From SAR202 cluster bacterium (lineage in GTDB: Bacteria > Chloroflexota > Dehalococcoidia > Lucifugimonadales > UBA826): 64,000 nucleotides of DNA. This document shows, piece by piece, positions 36,807 through 47,441 of the stretch. Where the stretch lies: contig RQOP01000044.1 of the NCBI GenBank assembly GCA_008373095.1, forward strand, positions 2,379-66,378, written 5' to 3'. The position numbers were made by a program, and so were the translations under genes. Position 1 is the stretch's first letter. Every line of letters begins with the position of its first letter. Under the pieces are notes generated by a model, which saw only the letters and a program-made list of their open reading frames with translations, searched no databases and was not told the DNA's origin.

Positions 36807-37838
36807 ATGGACAAAAATATTACCTATGAATCGGCCGGTGTTAATTTACAATCATCGGAAAAAATCAAAAATAAGATAAAAGATTTAGCCAAGCAGACAT
36901 ATAACCCTAATGTAATTGGTGGTGTTGGCGGATTTGGCGCGATGTATAAAATTTCTGGTTATCGAGAGCCTATATTGGTTAGTAGTACAGATCCGGTAGG
37001 CACGAAATTAATGGTAGCTGGAATGATTGGAGACTATTCCCATATAGGTGAAGATTTAGTCAATGCCTGTATAAATGATCTCATTGTGGTGGGGGCTGAA
37101 CCACTGTTTTTTCTTGATTACATAGCGACGTCCGAAATGATTCCAAGTGTGGTAGAAACAATTGTGGGTGGTATTTCCGAAGCATGTAAAAATGTAGGTT
37201 GTGCTCTTATTGGCGGAGAAACTTCCGAGATGCCCGGAGTTTTTAATGAATCCAATTTTGACATATCGGGGTTTGTTGTCGGTGCGGTAGAGGCTGACCA
37301 AATGCTTGATCCAATTAATACAAGCAAGGCAGGTGATCTTCTCATAGGATTACCATCAAATGGTCTCCATACAAATGGATATTCCTTAGTTCGTCATGTC
37401 TTCAACCTACCAAACGACTTGGACATCCTAGAAGAAAAAATAATTGAATCAGGAGAAACTCTTGGTCAGGCTCTTTTAAAACCGCACCCTTCATATTATG
37501 AAGATCTGAAAAAAGTTTTCCCCCTTTGTAAAGGTATCGCTCATATTACTGGAGGAGGGCTGTACGAGAATATGCCCAGGATTTTACCTAATGATATCCA
37601 GGCTGAATTTGATGCTTCTCTGTGGGATATGCCTTCCATATTTCACTTTATTGAGAAAACAGGTTCCATTGATGTTGATGAGATGTATAGAGTTTTTAAT
37701 ATGGGTTTGGGAATGGTTATTATCTGCACACCAGAAAACGCCTCTGAAATTTTAGAAAAGATTCCTTATTCAAACATAGTAGGTAAATTACAGGAAAGAG
37801 TTTCTGAGGAAAGAGTAAGCTTAAAAAACAAAAAATAA
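36807..37838 (+). CDS. purM: Phosphoribosylformylglycinamidine cyclo-ligase (AIR synthetase)
   Basis: ITYESAGVN, STDPVGTKL, DLVNACINDLIVVGAEPLFFLDY, GGETSEMPG, HITGGG. Confidence 0.92.
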   Translation: MDKNITYESAGVNLQSSEKIKNKIKDLAKQTYNPNVIGGVGGFGAMYKISGYREPILVSSTDPVGTKLMVAGMIGDYSHIGEDLVNACINDLIVVGAEPLFFLDYIATSEMIPSVVETIVGGISEACKNVGCALIGGETSEMPGVFNESNFDISGFVVGAVEADQMLDPINTSKAGDLLIGLPSNGLHTNGYSLVRHVFNLPNDLDILEEKIIESGETLGQALLKPHPSYYEDLKKVFPLCKGIAHITGGGLYENMPRILPNDIQAEFDASLWDMPSIFHFIEKTGSIDVDEMYRVFNMGLGMVIICTPENASEILEKIPYSNIVGKLQERVSEERVSLKNKK

Positions 37839-37860
37839 TTACCAAGATTGGAACAACCGC

Positions 37861-39381
37861 ATGAAAGCTTTATTGAGTGTCTATAACAAGGACAATATAG
37901 AACATATCGGAACTTCTCTCAGTGAGGCAGGATATGAAATTATAAGTACCGGAGGAACATATAAATCCTTAAAAAGAGCTGGTATTTCGGTTCGACAGGT
38001 ATCGGAATTAACAGGGTTTCCTGAAATATTAGATGGTCGTGTTAAAACTTTGCATCCCAAAGTTCATGGAGGAATTCTAGGGAGGCGAGATATTCTTGAA
38101 CATCAAGAGGAAATGGAATCGAATGATATATCTGCAATAGACATTGTGGTAGTTAATTTATATCCGTTTGTCGATACAGTTCAAAAAGATGAGGTTTCTT
38201 TAACTGAGGCGTTGGAAAATATAGATATTGGTGGTCCTACAATGATCAGATCAGCTGCCAAAAATTTTCCGCACGTTTTGGTTGTTGTGGATCCATTAGA
38301 TTATGAATGGATTGCTGAAAAAATTGCCTCTGGCGAAAAAGTCTCCGAAGTTGAAAGAAAAAAATTGGCCCAAAAAGCTTTCCAGCATGTGGCGGTTTAC
38401 GATACCGCAATATCAACTTGGTTGAATGAGGCTCCTCTAAAGTCGGCTGAGTTATCAATTGGGCTTGATAAAGTTGATACCCTTCGGTATGGGGAAAACC
38501 CTCATCAGGAGGCCGTAGTTTATAGAAACACTTTAGGTACAGGGGGAATAGTAGAAGCGGCACAATTACACGGGTTACCTATGTCCTATACAAATTATCT
38601 CGATGCAGATGCTGCATGGACAACCGCAACAAGTTTTGATCAGAATGCTTGTGTCGTTGTAAAACATACTAATCCTTGTGGCATTGCTTTGAATAATGAA
38701 CAGTCACTGGCTTATGAATCAGCATTTCAAGGCGATTCAATTTCTGCATATGGTGGGATTGTTGGTTTTAACAATGTCGTAACGAAAAAGACAGCTGAAA
38801 CAATGCGAGGGGTTTTGTTTGACATAATTGTAGCGCCAGGTTACGAATCGGATGCTCTGGAAATTTTGAAGAAACGAAAACGGACGCGGCTTCTCCAAGT
38901 AAACCCTGCGTCCGGATCATTGTCGAATTTAAAGGCATTGACAATTTCAGGTGGGATGCTAGTTCAAACAGCGGATGATATTAAAGAGGATCCGAATGAT
39001 TGGAAAGTGGTTACAGATAGGTTACCCACAGAGCGAGAGCATGCAGACCTTGAGTTTGCATGGAACTGTTTAAGACATATTAAGTCTAATACAATTGTTT
39101 TAGCGAAAGACAACACTTTGGTAGGAATGGGAGCTGGACAACCCAACAGGGTTGTAAGTGTACATTTGGCATTGAGAATAGCAGGTGATAAATCAATTGG
39201 TGCTTCCCTAGCTTCCGACGCCTTTATGCCCTTTGCTGACAATGTGGAGTTAGCCGCGGAAGGAGGAGTCACGGCTATTATTCAGCCTGGTGGGTCAATT
39301 AGAGATGAAGAGGTCATTAAAGCTGCAAATGAACATTCGATCGCGATGATGTTTACAGGCATTAGGCATTTTAACCACTGA
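37861..39381 (+). CDS. purH: Bifunctional AICAR transformylase / IMP cyclohydrolase
   Basis: MKALLSVYNK, STGGT, RVKTLHPKVHGGIL, VVVNLYPF, C-terminal ASDAFMPF...IIQPGGSIRD. Confidence 0.92.
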   Translation: MKALLSVYNKDNIEHIGTSLSEAGYEIISTGGTYKSLKRAGISVRQVSELTGFPEILDGRVKTLHPKVHGGILGRRDILEHQEEMESNDISAIDIVVVNLYPFVDTVQKDEVSLTEALENIDIGGPTMIRSAAKNFPHVLVVVDPLDYEWIAEKIASGEKVSEVERKKLAQKAFQHVAVYDTAISTWLNEAPLKSAELSIGLDKVDTLRYGENPHQEAVVYRNTLGTGGIVEAAQLHGLPMSYTNYLDADAAWTTATSFDQNACVVVKHTNPCGIALNNEQSLAYESAFQGDSISAYGGIVGFNNVVTKKTAETMRGVLFDIIVAPGYESDALEILKKRKRTRLLQVNPASGSLSNLKALTISGGMLVQTADDIKEDPNDWKVVTDRLPTEREHADLEFAWNCLRHIKSNTIVLAKDNTLVGMGAGQPNRVVSVHLALRIAGDKSIGASLASDAFMPFADNVELAAEGGVTAIIQPGGSIRDEEVIKAANEHSIAMMFTGIRHFNH

Positions 39382-39390
39382 CAAATTTTC

Positions 39391-40155
39391 TTGAGGAATA
39401 TTTTGAGTGATTCGTCCAATTCTTTAGATATAGTTATCCCAGTCCTTAATGAGGAGCAAACATTAGAGAATAGTGTTGAAACTTTAATGTCTTTTTGCAA
39501 AAAAAATATTGGGGCCTATGATTGGGTTATTACAGTAGCTGATAATGGGTCAACTGATCAGACTCTTCAAATAGCGCAGTCCCTATCAAAAAAATATTTG
39601 AAAGTTCAATATGTTTGTTTGGAAGAAAGAGGTAGAGGTAGGGCATTGAAGAAAGCTTGGACCCAAAGCGAATCAAAAATATTAGCTTATATGGACGTGG
39701 ATCTTTCAACAGACCTTAATTCTTTACCCGATTGCCTAGATGCGGTGAACGATTCAAAAGCTCAAATTGCTGTAGGATCTAGGTTAGTACCGGGCTCCGA
39801 TGTGGTCGGCAGATCATTTAAAAGAGAATTTATTTCTCGCAGCTATAGCCTACTGTTCAGAATGATGTTTATGGTTTCGTTTAGGGATGCCCAATGTGGA
39901 TTCAAAGTTGTGTCTAAAAAAGTAGTTGAAGAGGTTGTTCCTTTGGTAAAAAATGACAACTGGTTTTTTGACACAGAACTTTTAATATTGGCCGAAAAAA
40001 ATGGATATCCTATTTTGGAAATTCCGGTGAGATGGGTGGATGATCCTTTATCTAAAGTTAATATAATTAAAACAGCATTAGAAGACATAAAAGGGCTTAT
40101 TAGACTCAGATTTCGAGATGTGGGCAGATCTCGAAATATACTGGGGTCTCGTTAG
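39391..40155 (+). CDS. Family 2 glycosyltransferase (polyprenyl-phosphate glycosyltransferase-like)
   Basis: 254 aa. DIVIPVLNEE, ADNGSTD, DVDLSTD (DxD) and QCGFK motifs. TTG start. Confidence 0.75.
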   Translation: MRNILSDSSNSLDIVIPVLNEEQTLENSVETLMSFCKKNIGAYDWVITVADNGSTDQTLQIAQSLSKKYLKVQYVCLEERGRGRALKKAWTQSESKILAYMDVDLSTDLNSLPDCLDAVNDSKAQIAVGSRLVPGSDVVGRSFKREFISRSYSLLFRMMFMVSFRDAQCGFKVVSKKVVEEVVPLVKNDNWFFDTELLILAEKNGYPILEIPVRWVDDPLSKVNIIKTALEDIKGLIRLRFRDVGRSRNILGSR

Positions 40156-40292
40156 TAGTCGGCTCCATTGCTATGCCAGTCTTACGAGAGTACAATTGTG
40201 GCCCCACTAATTCCGTGACTAATGGATACAGGTAAATTATAGGATCAAAACAGGGGAAAACCGATTTTCTTGCTGTGCCGTAGGCCTGCTTA

Positions 40293-41324
40293 ATGACAAC
40301 ACCTCAATTTGATATAAGACCATCTCTAATAAAAGGCGATCCTGCTGATGCATACTTGCATTGGACGAAGGAAGTCATGCGTTTGGAATCCCTTAACCCT
40401 AAGGTGTTGATGGATTTTTCAGCCCCAAATTCCGGCGTTTTATGTGGAGTAGAAGAAGCAAAGGCTCTTCTTTTGAATGTTCTTCCCAAAGTGGAGCAGG
40501 ACAACCAGACAAATAATGGAAATGATGTTGTTCAGGTATGGGCGATGGAAGAAGGGGAAAAATTTGAGGCTGGAGAGCCGGTATTACGGGTGATTTCAAA
40601 ATATGCTTCCTTCGGGCTTTATGAAACCAGTATATTAGGAATGCTTTCTTCTTCTACAGGATGGGCCACAGCTGCTAATGACTGTGTTGAATCAGCTGGG
40701 GAGACAACTGTTATTGCTTATGGGGCCAGGCACATACATCCCAATGTGGCGCATATACTTGATTATGCCTCTGTAATAGGAGGATGCTCATCAGTCTCTA
40801 CAATTCTGGGTTCTAAGCATGCGGGAAGAAACCCTATAGGGAATATGCCGCATAGTTTGCCTTTGTTATTTGGTGATACTGTTGCTGCAGCTCAGGCTTT
40901 TGACAAACATATTGGTATGGAAACTCAGCGAATAGTAGTAGTAGATACTTTTAAAGATGAGGCTGAAGAAGCTTTAAATGTGGCAGAAGCCCTTAGAGAT
41001 CGTCTTAGAGGAATAAGATTGGATACCCCTTTTGAACGGGGAGGAGTTACTCCTATGCTGGTAAGGGAAATTCGGAATCGCCTTGACCATATGAATTTCA
41101 AACATGTGGAAATATATGTCAGCGGAGGGTTCAATCCTGAGAAAATCAGAGAGTTTAAAGAATCCGAAGCCCCAGTCAATGGATATTTAGTAGGTAGCTA
41201 TATTTCGTCTGCTGTACCAAACGAATTTAGGGCCGACATTCTGGAAATAGAAGATAAACCAGTTGCAAAAAGGGGCCGGGTACCTGGCCGTCTTGATGGG
41301 AATCGACTAGATAGAATTCTCTGA
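40293..41324 (+). CDS. Nicotinate phosphoribosyltransferase-like (type II PRTase family)
   Basis: 343 aa. Resembles short archaeal-type NAPRTases (GARHIHP..., IRLDTP..RGG, YVSGGFNPEKI). Substrate inferred. Confidence 0.7.
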   Translation: MTTPQFDIRPSLIKGDPADAYLHWTKEVMRLESLNPKVLMDFSAPNSGVLCGVEEAKALLLNVLPKVEQDNQTNNGNDVVQVWAMEEGEKFEAGEPVLRVISKYASFGLYETSILGMLSSSTGWATAANDCVESAGETTVIAYGARHIHPNVAHILDYASVIGGCSSVSTILGSKHAGRNPIGNMPHSLPLLFGDTVAAAQAFDKHIGMETQRIVVVDTFKDEAEEALNVAEALRDRLRGIRLDTPFERGGVTPMLVREIRNRLDHMNFKHVEIYVSGGFNPEKIREFKESEAPVNGYLVGSYISSAVPNEFRADILEIEDKPVAKRGRVPGRLDGNRLDRIL

Positions 41325-41326
41325 TC

Positions 41327-42757
41327 TTAAGAATTATTCGGGTTGAAAACAATCCGCAGAGAATCATCATATTTTGAAGGTGTTGCCCACTCTGCTATTC
41401 TCCACCCTACCACGGCTGCAATACCTTTGTTGGAAACTATTAGAGGAATTGAATCGCGGTCTTGACGTGGTATTTTTGAATCGACCATAAAATCTTGGAG
41501 TTTTTTAGAGTTGGTCATCCCCGAAGGCTGAAAAATATCCCCAGGGTTTCGGTAACGTACCCATAATGGTTCATTGCCTAGGTTTATGTTTAGTGATGTA
41601 GATATAATATTTTTATGAATGTTTGCATTATGTAAAAAATCAGGGTCATTTCCCAAAGATGCCGATATTTTCCAGCGATCAGTAAAAGTAGCTCCTGGAA
41701 TTTTAATTAAGGTTTTTTCGTTCACATTTGTAATATTTGATTGATCATTAATTGATCGAGAAATCAAAAGCTCCTCATAGTTTTTCCTTACAATGATATT
41801 TCCAGGGAGGTTCAAGGATCTTCCTGTTGTTCCTTCTGCTATATCAAGCATTGCTTCAACATGTTTATAAGAAAGGTCTTGTTGGTTTCCGATAGCAGTT
41901 TGTGCAGCTTTTTGTAATACTCTCCATTTCAATGATGGATGTAGTTTGGTAAACCTATCTATTTTAATTTTGATGCCATCATCGATTATGTTTGCCAAAG
42001 AAGGCCACAATTGCTCTACTTGTGCCTGTATATAGTCGTAGTCCCGCTTTGCCGAATGACCTAACTTATCAATGGATCTAAGTATTCCAGAATTGTATTT
42101 TTCTAGAAATGGCAATAGTTCTAATCGGATTGAATTACGAGTGTATTCTGTGGAAGTGTTAGTCTGGTCTGAACGCCAAGGAATATTATTAGCGCTGCAG
42201 TATTTGAGTATTGTGCTTCTATTTAAAGAAAGCATTGGTCTAAAAATATCTATTCCCAGTGTGCCAATAATTTGATGCGACATTTCAGTCATGCCTTGAA
42301 GACCATTCAAACCGGACCCTCTAATAATATGCATCAATATCGTTTCTACTTGATCCTCAAAATTATGACCTAATACGAGGGCAGATTTATTATCCTTTTT
42401 ATTAATATGGTTTGCGAAAAATTCGTATCTTGCTGATCTAGCCGCGGTTTCTAATGATATTCTGCGTTGTTTAGATAGCTTGATTACGTTTTTCTCTGAG
42501 ACAAAAGTTGGTATACCTAGAGAATCAAAATAGGTTTGGACAAACCTTGCGTCAGATTTAGCGTCTTCACCTCTGATTTGGTGATTAAAGTGTAAGATCT
42601 CAATATCAAAATCCATTTCTTTTTGATTCGCAATTAGTGCGTGTGCCATTGCCATTGAGTCAGGCCCACCAGAGACAGCAATTGAAAGCCTTTTGCCCGT
42701 AACACTGTGGTTATTCGCAGCGGTTAGGATGGTTTTTTCAAGTGAGATGGGTTTCAT
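41327..42757 (-). CDS. tilS: tRNA(Ile)-lysidine synthase
   Basis: 476 aa. PP-loop AVSGGPDSMAMAH, HFNHQIRG, GHNFEDQVETILM, C-terminal TilS substrate-binding domain. Confidence 0.85.
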   Translation of the reverse strand: MKPISLEKTILTAANNHSVTGKRLSIAVSGGPDSMAMAHALIANQKEMDFDIEILHFNHQIRGEDAKSDARFVQTYFDSLGIPTFVSEKNVIKLSKQRRISLETAARSARYEFFANHINKKDNKSALVLGHNFEDQVETILMHIIRGSGLNGLQGMTEMSHQIIGTLGIDIFRPMLSLNRSTILKYCSANNIPWRSDQTNTSTEYTRNSIRLELLPFLEKYNSGILRSIDKLGHSAKRDYDYIQAQVEQLWPSLANIIDDGIKIKIDRFTKLHPSLKWRVLQKAAQTAIGNQQDLSYKHVEAMLDIAEGTTGRSLNLPGNIIVRKNYEELLISRSINDQSNITNVNEKTLIKIPGATFTDRWKISASLGNDPDFLHNANIHKNIISTSLNINLGNEPLWVRYRNPGDIFQPSGMTNSKKLQDFMVDSKIPRQDRDSIPLIVSNKGIAAVVGWRIAEWATPSKYDDSLRIVFNPNNS

Positions 42758-42782
42758 TTGAATCTTAGTTAAAAAGGTTTAG

Positions 42783-43391
42783 TCAATCTATCTTGACTGT
42801 TTCATTCATAGATACAAGACGGTATGAGTCTTTCTCTATCTCAATAGATGAAATAGAACCTAAATTAATAGCTAGTTTGTCAAAATGATTGGAATGCATT
42901 CCCAGTACATTGCAAATTATGCCCTGAATTGGGAAGAGATGGGCAACTACAGCGATCAAGTCTTCATCATAATCATTGAATATTTCCAATATGGATTTCC
43001 AAGCTCTTGTGTGTACCTCTCCAAGAGTTTCGCCGCCAGGGGGTCGGGCTGTGGAATGATCGCGTCGCCATCTTGACATATATTCTGGATATTTATCATT
43101 CATTTCTGAAGCCTTAATACCTTCCATGTCTCCTGAATTCATTTCCTTTAACCCATCCACGTATATTGGGTTTAGATCAGTGAGTTTAGAAATGTATCCT
43201 GCAGTTTCCTTCGCCCTGTAGTAAGGACTTGAAAATAATAGATTTGGAAGAGGCTCCATGGAAGAAATTTTTTGTGCTGCGGCCTTAGCTTGCCGTCTTC
43301 CTAAATCAGTTAATGGTACGTCGCTGGTACCTAAAACCAACTGGGTTTTGTTGGCTATTGTTTCACCATGTCTAATTAATAATATTTTCAT
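42783..43391 (-). CDS. Histidine phosphatase family protein (phosphoglycerate-mutase-like)
   Basis: 202 aa. MKILLIRHGETIAN (RHG catalytic motif) and a later H in AVVAHLFP. Confidence 0.8.
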   Translation of the reverse strand: MKILLIRHGETIANKTQLVLGTSDVPLTDLGRRQAKAAAQKISSMEPLPNLLFSSPYYRAKETAGYISKLTDLNPIYVDGLKEMNSGDMEGIKASEMNDKYPEYMSRWRRDHSTARPPGGETLGEVHTRAWKSILEIFNDYDEDLIAVVAHLFPIQGIICNVLGMHSNHFDKLAINLGSISSIEIEKDSYRLVSMNETVKID

Positions 43392-44700
43392 TGTTTGTAT
43401 TATCAGGTTCGGAACCTTTAGATTCTTTTTCTGGGTCTCGCGTTATTAGTAGAGACTCAACCCTAAATCGATCCATTTCCACTACACGGAAGGTTAAATT
43501 CTCATATTCAAATTCCTGATTTAAAATTGGAATTTCTCCTATTTGATCTAAAACAAAACCAGCTATCGTTTCATATTCCCCTTCTGGAAGGGCTAAATCC
43601 ATTTCATTATTAGCTTCTACTATGTCCATACTTCCTTCAATCTGGAAAACGTTAGGCATTATATTCTCAAATTCAGATTCAGGGGATTCACCTTCCTCGC
43701 CTACTCTCCCTACTATCAATTCTGTCAATCTTTTAAGGGTCACTAGACCGGCTAACCCGCCGTATTCATCTAAACAAATAGCCATTTGGTTACCTGTATG
43801 ACGAAGCTCTTCGAAAAGCTCTGACGCCCATTTTGTCTCTGGAACAAAATAGGCATCCCGGGTGACATCTGTTACAGAATCGTTCCCTTTTATTCCTTTT
43901 GTTGATAGCACTCTTAGGACATCTTTCGTGGATATTATTCCCACTATATTTTCATTAGTGTCTTTGTATATGGGAAATCGCGTGTGGTAGTGTTCAGAAT
44001 ATATAGAAAGAAAATCGCTGAAGGATGTGCCACGTTCCATCACAACCATTTCAGTTCGAGGAGTCATTATTTCTCTGACTTGAGTATCTCCAAATCGGAA
44101 TACATTTTCTAGCATTTCTGCTTCGCCTGGTTCAACGGTACCTTCTGCTTCACCGAGATCTATCATCGACAAAATTTCACCTTCTGTTACCCCGTCTTCC
44201 ACTTCTTGTTCCTGCCCAAAAATAGATTGAGTTGTTCTTGATAGCCATTGCAAAAATAAGATTACAGGGTACAAGGATAGTTCGACTATCTTGAGTGGTC
44301 GTGCATACAGAAATGAAACTTTTTCAGACCTTTTGACGGCTAAGCTCTTGGGAATTATTTCCCCAAAAATCAATAATAGACCTGTTCCCACGATCGTGGC
44401 GGCCGCTACTGCGAGCGGTCCTTCCTTCAACCATTTGACGGCTAAAGCGGTAACAACAGCAGTAAAGGCTACATTTACCAAGTTGTTACCCAATAGGATT
44501 GTTGAAAGTAGTCTTTCAGTGTTGGCGACCATGTCATGAACACGCTTCGCACCTGGTATTTTGTTGTTCACCAGATAATTTAGCCGAGTCCTTTGGAGGG
44601 AAAGGAATGCTGCTTCTGAACTTGAAAAAAAAGCTGACAGAAGAAGAAATATTCCTATTAGTACTATGCTAACAGTAGTATCGTTTGACAACGACCACAC
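43372..44700 (-). CDS. CNNM/HlyC-CorC family protein (DUF21-CBS pair-CorC_HlyC)
   Basis: 442 aa. N-terminal 4-TM DUF21, REIMTPRTEMV before the CBS pair, C-terminal transporter-associated domain. Confidence 0.85.
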   Translation of the reverse strand: MWSLSNDTTVSIVLIGIFLLLSAFFSSSEAAFLSLQRTRLNYLVNNKIPGAKRVHDMVANTERLLSTILLGNNLVNVAFTAVVTALAVKWLKEGPLAVAAATIVGTGLLLIFGEIIPKSLAVKRSEKVSFLYARPLKIVELSLYPVILFLQWLSRTTQSIFGQEQEVEDGVTEGEILSMIDLGEAEGTVEPGEAEMLENVFRFGDTQVREIMTPRTEMVVMERGTSFSDFLSIYSEHYHTRFPIYKDTNENIVGIISTKDVLRVLSTKGIKGNDSVTDVTRDAYFVPETKWASELFEELRHTGNQMAICLDEYGGLAGLVTLKRLTELIVGRVGEEGESPESEFENIMPNVFQIEGSMDIVEANNEMDLALPEGEYETIAGFVLDQIGEIPILNQEFEYENLTFRVVEMDRFRVESLLITRDPEKESKGSEPDNTNNENIIN

Positions 44701-44737
44701 CTCCCATACCTAGAAAACTTGGAAATCGTGGAGGTAA

Positions 44738-45310
44738 TTATAGATTGATTGTGTCGATTGTGTTATTAATTTCTGACTGATTTAATTCCCATCCTTGCTG
44801 GATGGCTGTTTTGGATACCGAGAAACTGAAGCCTCTTCTTTGTAAGTATCCTTCCAATTTTTTATAAAATTCTTCCTTTTCTAAACCATTCATAGATCTG
44901 ATTTTTTTCCTGACGCATACCAATGCGTTTTCAAGGTCATGAATTTCTGAAACTGCTTGTTCTGCAGTGTGTTCAGAAATCCCCTTTGAAAGTAATTCTT
45001 GCTTGATAGTTCTTTTACTTTTTGGTCGGGATTGCTGTCTACTATCTACCCACATCTGAGCAAAACGAGAATCGTCCAGTAACCCATCTCTGTACATTTG
45101 AGCAATCGATTTAGAAGTGACTTCAGACGAAAACGTTTTTAGTAATCTTTTTCGTAATTCCGATTCACTTCTAGGCCTGTAAGATATGAATCGTCGGGCA
45201 ATGGTGTTTGCCTTTTCTGTTTCTTCATCGCTATCAAAAGCTCCGGCAAATTTTTTAGTTAGACTGTAATTTGAATTAGTCGAAGCTTTTGGGATTTTTA
45301 TAATTTTCAT
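44738..45310 (-). CDS. recX: Recombination regulator RecX
   Basis: 190 aa immediately downstream of recA. RPRSESELRKRL...GLLDDSRFAQMWV...LLSKGI helical repeats. Confidence 0.75.
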   Translation of the reverse strand: MKIIKIPKASTNSNYSLTKKFAGAFDSDEETEKANTIARRFISYRPRSESELRKRLLKTFSSEVTSKSIAQMYRDGLLDDSRFAQMWVDSRQQSRPKSKRTIKQELLSKGISEHTAEQAVSEIHDLENALVCVRKKIRSMNGLEKEEFYKKLEGYLQRRGFSFSVSKTAIQQGWELNQSEINNTIDTINL

Positions 45311-45324
45311 GAATGCGAACGTAT

Positions 45325-46383
45325 TTATATTGCTTTATTCACTTCTTCATCTGTTTCGATATCGTCTAAAGGCACTATTAGATCATCCATTGGTTCAGGA
45401 TTTAGGGCGACCTTAACCATTTCGTTGATTTCATCAGTTAAAACAGGATTTTCTTTGAGGAATGTTTTAGCACTTTCTCTTCCGCGGCCTATTTGGATTT
45501 CCCCGAAAGAATAAAACGCTCCACTCTTCTTTACGATCGAATGCTCGACGGCCAAATCTAGCAGGTCACCTTCCATACTGATGCCTTCGTTAAACATGAT
45601 GTCAAATTCAGCTGTTTTGAATGGAGCTGCGACTTTATTTTTTACAACCCTGGCGCGAACACGATTTCCTATAATGTCGCTTCCTTGTTTTAAAGATTCG
45701 ATTTTTCGGAGGTCTATTCGAACAGAACTGTAAAATTTAAGGGCTCTTCCACCCGGTGTTGTTTCAGGACTTCCCCAGAATACGCCTACTTTTTCTCTAA
45801 TTTGATTTATAAATATGACTGCGGTATTTGATTTACTTATTGAAGAAGTTAATTTACGAAGACCTTGCGACATTAAACGGGCCTGTAATCCAATATGAGA
45901 GTCTCCCATATCCCCTTCTAATTCAGCTTTGGGAACCATAGCTGCCACGCTATCGACAACTACTACATCTACGGCGCTGCTCCTGACAAGGTATTCACAT
46001 ATTTCGAGAGCTTGTTCAGCCGTATCTGGTTGGGAGACTAAAAGATTTTCAGTGTCCACCCCGCATCGGGCAGCATAGCTAGGGTCCAACGCATGCTCCG
46101 CATCAATGTAGGCGGCAGTTCCTCCATCTCTTTGTGCCGAAGCCATGACATGGTAGGTCAAGGTTGATTTACCAGAAGATTCTGCGCCGAAGATTTCAGT
46201 GACTCTTCCTTTAGGTATCCCGCCCATCCCAAGACCAGCGTCCAGGGAAGGTGAGCCTGTTGAAATGGAATCTACTCTGACATCTTGAGCGTCACCTAAT
46301 TTCATTACGGCGCCTTTGCCAAAATGCTTATCTATTTGGCCGAGAGCAAGCTCAAGGGCTTTGGTTTTTTCTTTTTTGTCCAT
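45325..46383 (-). CDS. recA: Recombinase A
   Basis: [24 protein letters not shown], Walker [27 protein letters not shown]. Confidence 0.95.
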   Translation of the reverse strand: MDKKEKTKALELALGQIDKHFGKGAVMKLGDAQDVRVDSISTGSPSLDAGLGMGGIPKGRVTEIFGAESSGKSTLTYHVMASAQRDGGTAAYIDAEHALDPSYAARCGVDTENLLVSQPDTAEQALEICEYLVRSSAVDVVVVDSVAAMVPKAELEGDMGDSHIGLQARLMSQGLRKLTSSISKSNTAVIFINQIREKVGVFWGSPETTPGGRALKFYSSVRIDLRKIESLKQGSDIIGNRVRARVVKNKVAAPFKTAEFDIMFNEGISMEGDLLDLAVEHSIVKKSGAFYSFGEIQIGRGRESAKTFLKENPVLTDEINEMVKVALNPEPMDDLIVPLDDIETDEEVNKAI

Positions 46384-46469
46384 GAAAAACTCCTAGGAGG
46401 TTTTTGAAATATCAATATATTTGGTAACTACTCGAAGCCTAGCACAGGAATTTCACAAAGTAAATACAT

Positions 46470-46501
46470 ATGTTCTAAAAAAAATAACTAAATTAGAACA
46501 T
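46470..46501. promoter_or_regulatory. 9-bp inverted repeat ATGTTCTAA-N14-TTAGAACAT upstream of recA
   Basis: Read directly. Lies 87-118 bp upstream of the recA ATG and 15 bp downstream of the sucD stop. Function (operator or weak terminator) unresolved. Confidence 0.3.
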
Positions 46502-46515
46502 GGGTGTTTATTGAA

Positions 46516-47391
46516 TTAGGAGATTAATTCTTGGAGAGTTTTTCCAATGGCACCGGGGCCTGGGATGACTGATACACCAGCATTGGAGAGAGCTTTCATC
46601 TTTTCTTCTGCCTTTCCTGCTGAACCTGTGATAATGGCACCGGCATGTCCCATACGTTTTCCAGGAGGCGCACTTTGACCAACGATTAAAGCTGCGATGG
46701 GTTTGGTAAAGTCGCTTTTTATATATTCAGCAGCCTCCTGCTCTTTGGTGCCTCCGATTTCTCCGATCATGACAACGTTGTCGGTTTCAGGATCATTTTG
46801 AAATTTTTCCAGCATATCGACAAATGTGACCCCAGAGACAGGGTCTCCTCCGATGCCTACGCAGGTTGATTGTCCAATATTAAGGTCTGTTAACTGGCCA
46901 ACTGCCTCGTATGTTAAGGTTCCACTTCGGGAAACTACACCCGTTCTACCTGCCAAATGTATATGGCCAGGCATTATACCCATTTTAAAATTCTCGCCTG
47001 GAGAAATGATACCCGGGCAGTTTGGCCCTATGAGTGTGACGTCCTTATCTCTGATATATCTGACTACTTTTATCGTGTCTTGGACAGGTATGCCTTCAGT
47101 TATGCAGGCTATTACATCGATGCCAGCATCTACGGATTCCACAATTGCGTCGGCAGCAAAGGCTGGTGGAACAAATATTAAAGAAGCATTGGCGGATGTT
47201 TCGTCGACGGCCTGCTGAACCGTGTCGTAAACTGGGACAGTATCATTAAAAGATTGGCCTCCCTTGCCTGGAGTTACCCCTGCTACGAGGTTTGCTCCAT
47301 ACTCCGCTGACCGCTGAGCATGATAGCTGCCTTCTTTTCCTGTAATACCTTGTACTAGTAGCTTTGTTGATTTATCTACAAGAATACTCAT
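46516..47391 (-). CDS. sucD: Succinyl-CoA synthetase alpha subunit
   Basis: [20 protein letters not shown], phosphohistidine loop MGHAGAII. Confidence 0.93.
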   Translation of the reverse strand: MSILVDKSTKLLVQGITGKEGSYHAQRSAEYGANLVAGVTPGKGGQSFNDTVPVYDTVQQAVDETSANASLIFVPPAFAADAIVESVDAGIDVIACITEGIPVQDTIKVVRYIRDKDVTLIGPNCPGIISPGENFKMGIMPGHIHLAGRTGVVSRSGTLTYEAVGQLTDLNIGQSTCVGIGGDPVSGVTFVDMLEKFQNDPETDNVVMIGEIGGTKEQEAAEYIKSDFTKPIAALIVGQSAPPGKRMGHAGAIITGSAGKAEEKMKALSNAGVSVIPGPGAIGKTLQELIS

Positions 47392-47441
47392 GTAATTAGT
47401 CCCATCAATTGTTTCAAGTATGTATATTGTGAGCTGATAAT

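Noticed and set aside
40156-40292. NAD+ riboswitch or small RNA upstream of the nicotinate phosphoribosyltransferase-like gene
   Set aside because: Only a tiny GCC-GUA-GGC hairpin. Nothing resembles the tandem nadA-motif domains.
46461-46510. Canonical LexA (Cheo-type GAAC-N4-GTTC) SOS box upstream of recA
   Set aside because: The closest matches (ATAC-ATAT-GTTC at about 46464-46475 and GAAC-ATGG-GTGT at about 46496-46507) each have a degenerate half-site. Only the non-canonical 9-bp inverted repeat is solid.
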